Translations under genes and position numbers: made by a program
Shown: piece after piece, positions 59,955 to 64,000 of the stretch
How the letters are laid out: the number at the start of each line of letters is the position of its first letter
How positions within the stretch are numbered: the first letter of the stretch is position 1
Origin: Anthoceros angustus
Taxonomy: Eukaryota; Plantae; Anthocerotophyta
Direction of reading: 5' to 3'
Assembly (NCBI GenBank): GCA_010909165.1
Contig: MU008190.1
Coordinates: 124,001-188,000, forward strand
DNA length: 64,000 bases
Notes under the pieces: generated by a model
The model's database searches: none
Told to the model about the DNA's origin: nothing
What the model saw: the letters and a program-made list of their open reading frames with translations, nothing else

Positions 59955-60437
59955 TCCTGCTCATCAGCAGCTAGGTCGATAAGTGTAGGTACTGGAGCGC
60001 GCAGTACAACGTAAACAGCCGGCTCAAACCCTCCCCCGGCCGATGTCCCTTTACTAAACCCCCGGCCGGCCTCTCCACTTCTTGGGAGCAAGAGCGATGC
60101 AACATCAGCATACATATGTAGAATGTAGACCACCTCCACATAGCATAACCCACCTTATTTGTCCGCGCTTCTCAACCTTCCTTCCTCTTTCTGCCCTCCT
60201 CTTCATCTCGATGTCGATCGCCCTATATTGTATGCCCACGTATGTATGGGAGATTATATTAGGGCATTTAAACCTCTGATTTTTTTAAAAATAAAATCGT
60301 AAAAATATTTTATATTATATGCATAAGACATCATAACATACATTGGGTAGAATGGCTTATGTACACCTTTCTTCAACCAATTTATGGCTCTAGAGGTTCT
60401 ATTCCATGGTAGTTTTTTCATCCTTAGAGGACATAAA

Positions 60438-60520
60438 TACAGTTGTTGTTATTGTTGGTCTAAGGCACGGATTTAGGTTCCAATTTGAAAGGACGTGGGT
60501 TCAAATTCCACTGAAAGGGT
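60438..60520 (+). pseudogene. Degenerate tRNA-Leu(TAG) pseudogene or tRNA-derived SINE head
   Basis: tggtctaaggcac-ggatttaggttcca-atttgaaaggacgtgggttcaaattccac aligns to plant tRNA-Leu(TAG) TGGTCTAAGGCGCCAGATTTAGGCTCTGGTCCGAAAGGGCGTGGGTTCAAATCCCAC. Anticodon TAG is at 60474-60476; the A-box and acceptor stem are broken. Confidence 0.75.
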
Positions 60521-61094
60521 GTGAGTTCGGTTAGAAAGATATTTCAAAAGTTGTTTATGTAGGGCTCCAAGTAAGTGTAGGTGGGACTGTACAGAGCCTA
60601 GACGCTTGCGTTAAGTTCTACCCATGTCCACAAACATATCGACATGAGGGCGCGTTCGCGTCCTACTTGCTAATTCTTTGTTCAAACTTGCATGAAATGT
60701 TTCCAATCCATGGGTGTAACATCTCTCTGCTCGCCCGTGTTCATTTTTCTACACAATCACTACTTTCTTAATGGTCACCATGATGCCTATACCTCCTTCA
60801 CCTCGAGTGTTTCTTTATGGTGTTGGTATGTGTCTTTGGATTTGTTCATGCCCTAAACTAGGAGCAAGACCTGCCATCCTCACACAAGGAAGCTTGTGAA
60901 AGTTTGAATGGCCATAACCACCACCTCACACCCCTAATGTTGGCAAAGGTGAGCTCGTCTTGAAGAGGAGGTGAAGGACATGTCACCTCCATTTCAATCA
61001 AAGCATGTCACCTCCTTGATTTGATGCATGTTTTGATTTGATTTGATTTTCATAATTTGATGAAGGCTCATATATTTTTAGATGCAATTCCAAG

Positions 61095-61133
61095 TGTGTG
61101 GAGGGTATTTTCCAAAAAAATACCCTCCACACA
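61095..61133. repeat. Perfect 17-bp inverted repeat with 5-nt loop
   Basis: tgtgtggagggtatttt-ccaaa-aaaataccctccacaca. Confidence 0.95.
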
Positions 61134-62379
61134 TCGTGGTCATTTAGGGGTTAGCCGGCAGTGTTGAGACTCATTTCGAAGGCACAAGGGGCGCTCAAAG
61201 GAAACTGACGGTCCAAAACAATGGGAACGGGAATACAGGTCCAAGTCCCCCACTTCCCCTCCCTACTAATTTGTGCCACTGCGTATCCCTTCATCGTACC
61301 GGCATTGTAGGTGGCCACAGAGGTAGCCTTGCACACAGGTCCATGTACCAAGCACTTCCACAAACTACGATAGCCCTGCATTGCTGCATTCTGTCTCCAA
61401 CACCATGATGGTCTGCTGTGCAGGGTCATACCTCTTCACGACAATCACAAGTTGCATACCCCGGGACTCAGCCAAAACCATGAAACCAGAATTGCATACC
61501 GCCACCTCTTTCGGTTCGTGGACATCCTGCTCCACCTGGCAAACGCATTCCCAAGTCTAAGCTTGAACTCAACCCTCTCCACAAGCTCCGCGCGCACATC
61601 TTCCAGGCTCCCGAATTGTCAGCATTGGCTTCTGCTCAAAACCGCAGAAAACTACGGACGTGGTTCCTTCAAGGTTCCCTAGGGTTGATTTTGATTTAGG
61701 GCATAGGCTTGCTGCAAAAGTCAAGATGGGATGCACATCCTTCATCCTTCATTTTGAAGAGTAATGGTTTCGGCATTGCTTGGCTTTTGGGATGCTTTCT
61801 CATGGACCCCTAGCCAGAACAACTAGGTATGTACCTGTCCGCCACTGATGAAGAGTCCGTATCAGCCCACAAGCTCTGACCCGTTTGTTTCCTCGCGTTG
61901 ATTCGTTCCCCTATGGCCTGCACTTTTTGTGCCTGCTCCCACATCCGGGGATCGGTGTACAATTAATTACATACGCTGTTACATAATACAATTAATTACA
62001 TACAATATTACAAACAATGTTGGGCATCCACACATGCTGCAGCATCTGTCTTGTCTAGTTTCAGTGTCTGGTCAAAGCATGGCGTCCCACCCCCGACGTC
62101 AAGTCCGTGATGGGAGCTTCCAGCTTGAAGGCCTAGGGCTTGTTTAGCGTTTGTTCTAAAGTATGTCTGAGCAGATCCCATGCATCGTTTATCTTTTATA
62201 GGATATGCCCGCTGGCAGGGGATGGGGCTTCACGCTCTTTCCAGCTATCCATATCACTACACCCAATTTAATAACAATTGCGTGCCCCCTGCATGCATGT
62301 GCAGGTGCGGGCATTCCGGCTTTGAAGCTGGGGAAAGTAGCTTTATGCACAAATCAGAGAACGCGGATATTTGACTGAC

Positions 62380-63360
62380 GCGCATTTAGCCAACAGCTTG
62401 GTAAACAGATATGCCAAGTGTGGCAGCGCTTGGAAGATGCTCAGAGAGTGTTTGATGGTGTTAGTCAAAAAGATGTGGTGACAGCACGGATTCACTGCCC
62501 TAATTGCAGGACAAAGGGAAGGAAGCCCTTCGTCTTTACCGTGTCCATACAAGAAGACGGCATCTCCGTAACCAACTGTGTGACATTTGTGTGCCTCCTG
62601 CAGGCATGTACAAATGTGTGCACCCAAGCTTTGGAAACAGGGAAGCAGCTCCATGTGCAAATTGGATGGAGGACATCAGGTCTGCTTTGTTTGTTGCCCA
62701 TTGCCAGTAATTTTAGGTTCCGCACTGTGTGTAGAAGCTGGCTTGCTCTGATGTCGTCCAGCTCCTTTTTGAGCGGTCGTGCCCAGGTCCATGATCTCTG
62801 CTTACCGGTGGTTTCCAACAAAGAAGAGGTGTAGATTCTCTAGGGCCCTCGGTCTACAAGCTGGACTTGTCCTTCGTCCCTCTGAGTATATCTTGACGGT
62901 CTTTGCAGACAAAGGCTTGATCTGCTGTTGTACCTTCCAGAAACACAACAAGGTGGCGTATGTTTGTAATCCCATTTTGAGGCTTTGGAAAGCATTGCGA
63001 GTTTTCCTTACAGGATGAGCGTATTGGGAGTCGTCTCGGTAAATCAACTCGGGGTTGGATTCCTTCCAGTCATTGTGGTTTGTGAGACGGATGAGGATTG
63101 CACTCATTGGGTGTCCATGTGTACTCCTCGGGCGGACTCGTGGAAAACTTTCCGAGGTGATCCCGGGCTCCCTGTTTGGCGGTTCGTACATAGTTACCGG
63201 TGAGGGTGTCTTTGTATTACGTGGATATTGATGACCAGCAAGTTGTTGTGTACAACCTGCTTGATGGGAAACTTGTAAGGAAGTGTGAGATCATGCTTCC
63301 TCTCAATCTTCTGCCGACGGTTTGGCCAACATGTATGCAAAGTGTGGGACCAGGGTGCCT
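62380..63360 (+). pseudogene. PLS-class PPR gene remnants
   Basis: LANSLVNRYAKCGS / LEDAQRVFDGVSQKDVV (frameshifted), NCVTFVCLLQAC, ALETGKQLHVQI and NMYAKCG; no continuous ORF. Confidence 0.75.
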
Positions 63361-63476
63361 GACCGGAGTACTCACTGCACGGTGTCTGAGTGCATCTTCG
63401 TGTCATCTGCTGGTGGTTTTAACAAGCATTGCCTCGAGGTTCATCGCCGCCCTCTGTCATCAACAACACCTCAGGC

Positions 63477-64000
63477 TCACACACTTTGTGACAACGTCGC
63501 TGCTGAGTCGATTGGATCTGCCGCTGGACTTGAGAAGATGGCCAGGAGATCCGGGTCTGGGGAAGTCTTCACTCTGAGCAACATCTCTTTCACCTTCTTC
63601 AAGGTGGGCCTGTGAGAGGGAGTCTCTTGGGTGCAAATGATGGCTACGCTGAGTGTGGAGGCGATCTCCTGAGCCTCAGGCCCTAAGTATTGCATGGCCG
63701 TGCGCAGCCCGTCCTCCAGCACCACATCGATGCTGTCGCTATTCTTGAGCATGTCCCTCACCCAGTGCACCAGATCCATCCTCCTGAAAGCTGGGATCTG
63801 CAGGCCGCTTGCCCGTCAGAAGTTCCAGCAACACAGTCCCGTAGCTGTAGACATCACTCTTGTCCACCACATTCAGTGTGTAACCACCCACCACCAAGGT
63901 TTTCAAACAACTGGTACTGAAAGCAAGTGTACAGTGTATCATTGGTTTTCCTCAAGGAGGTAGGTGGAACTCACCAGGGGCGATGTAGCTCACAGACGGC
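63477..64000 (-). CDS. 3' end of a receptor-like kinase (LRR-RLK XI-like C-lobe), frameshifted; runs off the window
   Basis: SYIAP|intron; [25 protein letters not shown]; MDLVHWVR; [15 protein letters not shown]. Frame change at ~63780. Confidence 0.75.

Noticed and set aside
61937-62004. TCCCACATCC resembling the snRNA USE, plus a duplicated caattaattacatac
   Set aside because: Imperfect USE, no properly spaced TATA, and no snRNA sequence downstream.

Overview
Eukaryotic, intron-rich land-plant DNA. My inference is a non-seed plant such as a hornwort or Selaginella, based on short introns, PLS-type PPR debris, a class I LBD gene and a nuclear copy of mitochondrial rpl5. 1-23.5 kb is transposon-derived: decayed GC-rich retroelement accessory ORFs, a CRE-like non-LTR fragment, and a gag+protease-only Copia-type LTR element (12941-22518, TSD CATAC). 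A very young Copia (14849-21708, TSD AAATT) has inserted into that element and carries extra 5' and 3'-antisense reading frames. 25-60 kb is a compact gene block: TCAIM-like (+), a microsatellite-rich gene desert, an LBD16/29-type LOB transcription factor (+), a RING-coiled-coil-7xWD40 protein (-), RAD5 (-), an intronless nuclear mitochondrial-type rpl5 with a presequence (+), CHLP (-) and SWI3 (-). Two CRE-like endonuclease fragments lie upstream of CHLP, and one is fused to an exact 65-bp copy of the CHLP coding sequence. The right end holds a tRNA-Leu(TAG) pseudogene or SINE head, PPR pseudogene fragments and the frameshifted 3' end of an LRR-RLK-type kinase. All alignments and counts were done by eye and no database searches were run, so family assignments rest on recalled motifs.
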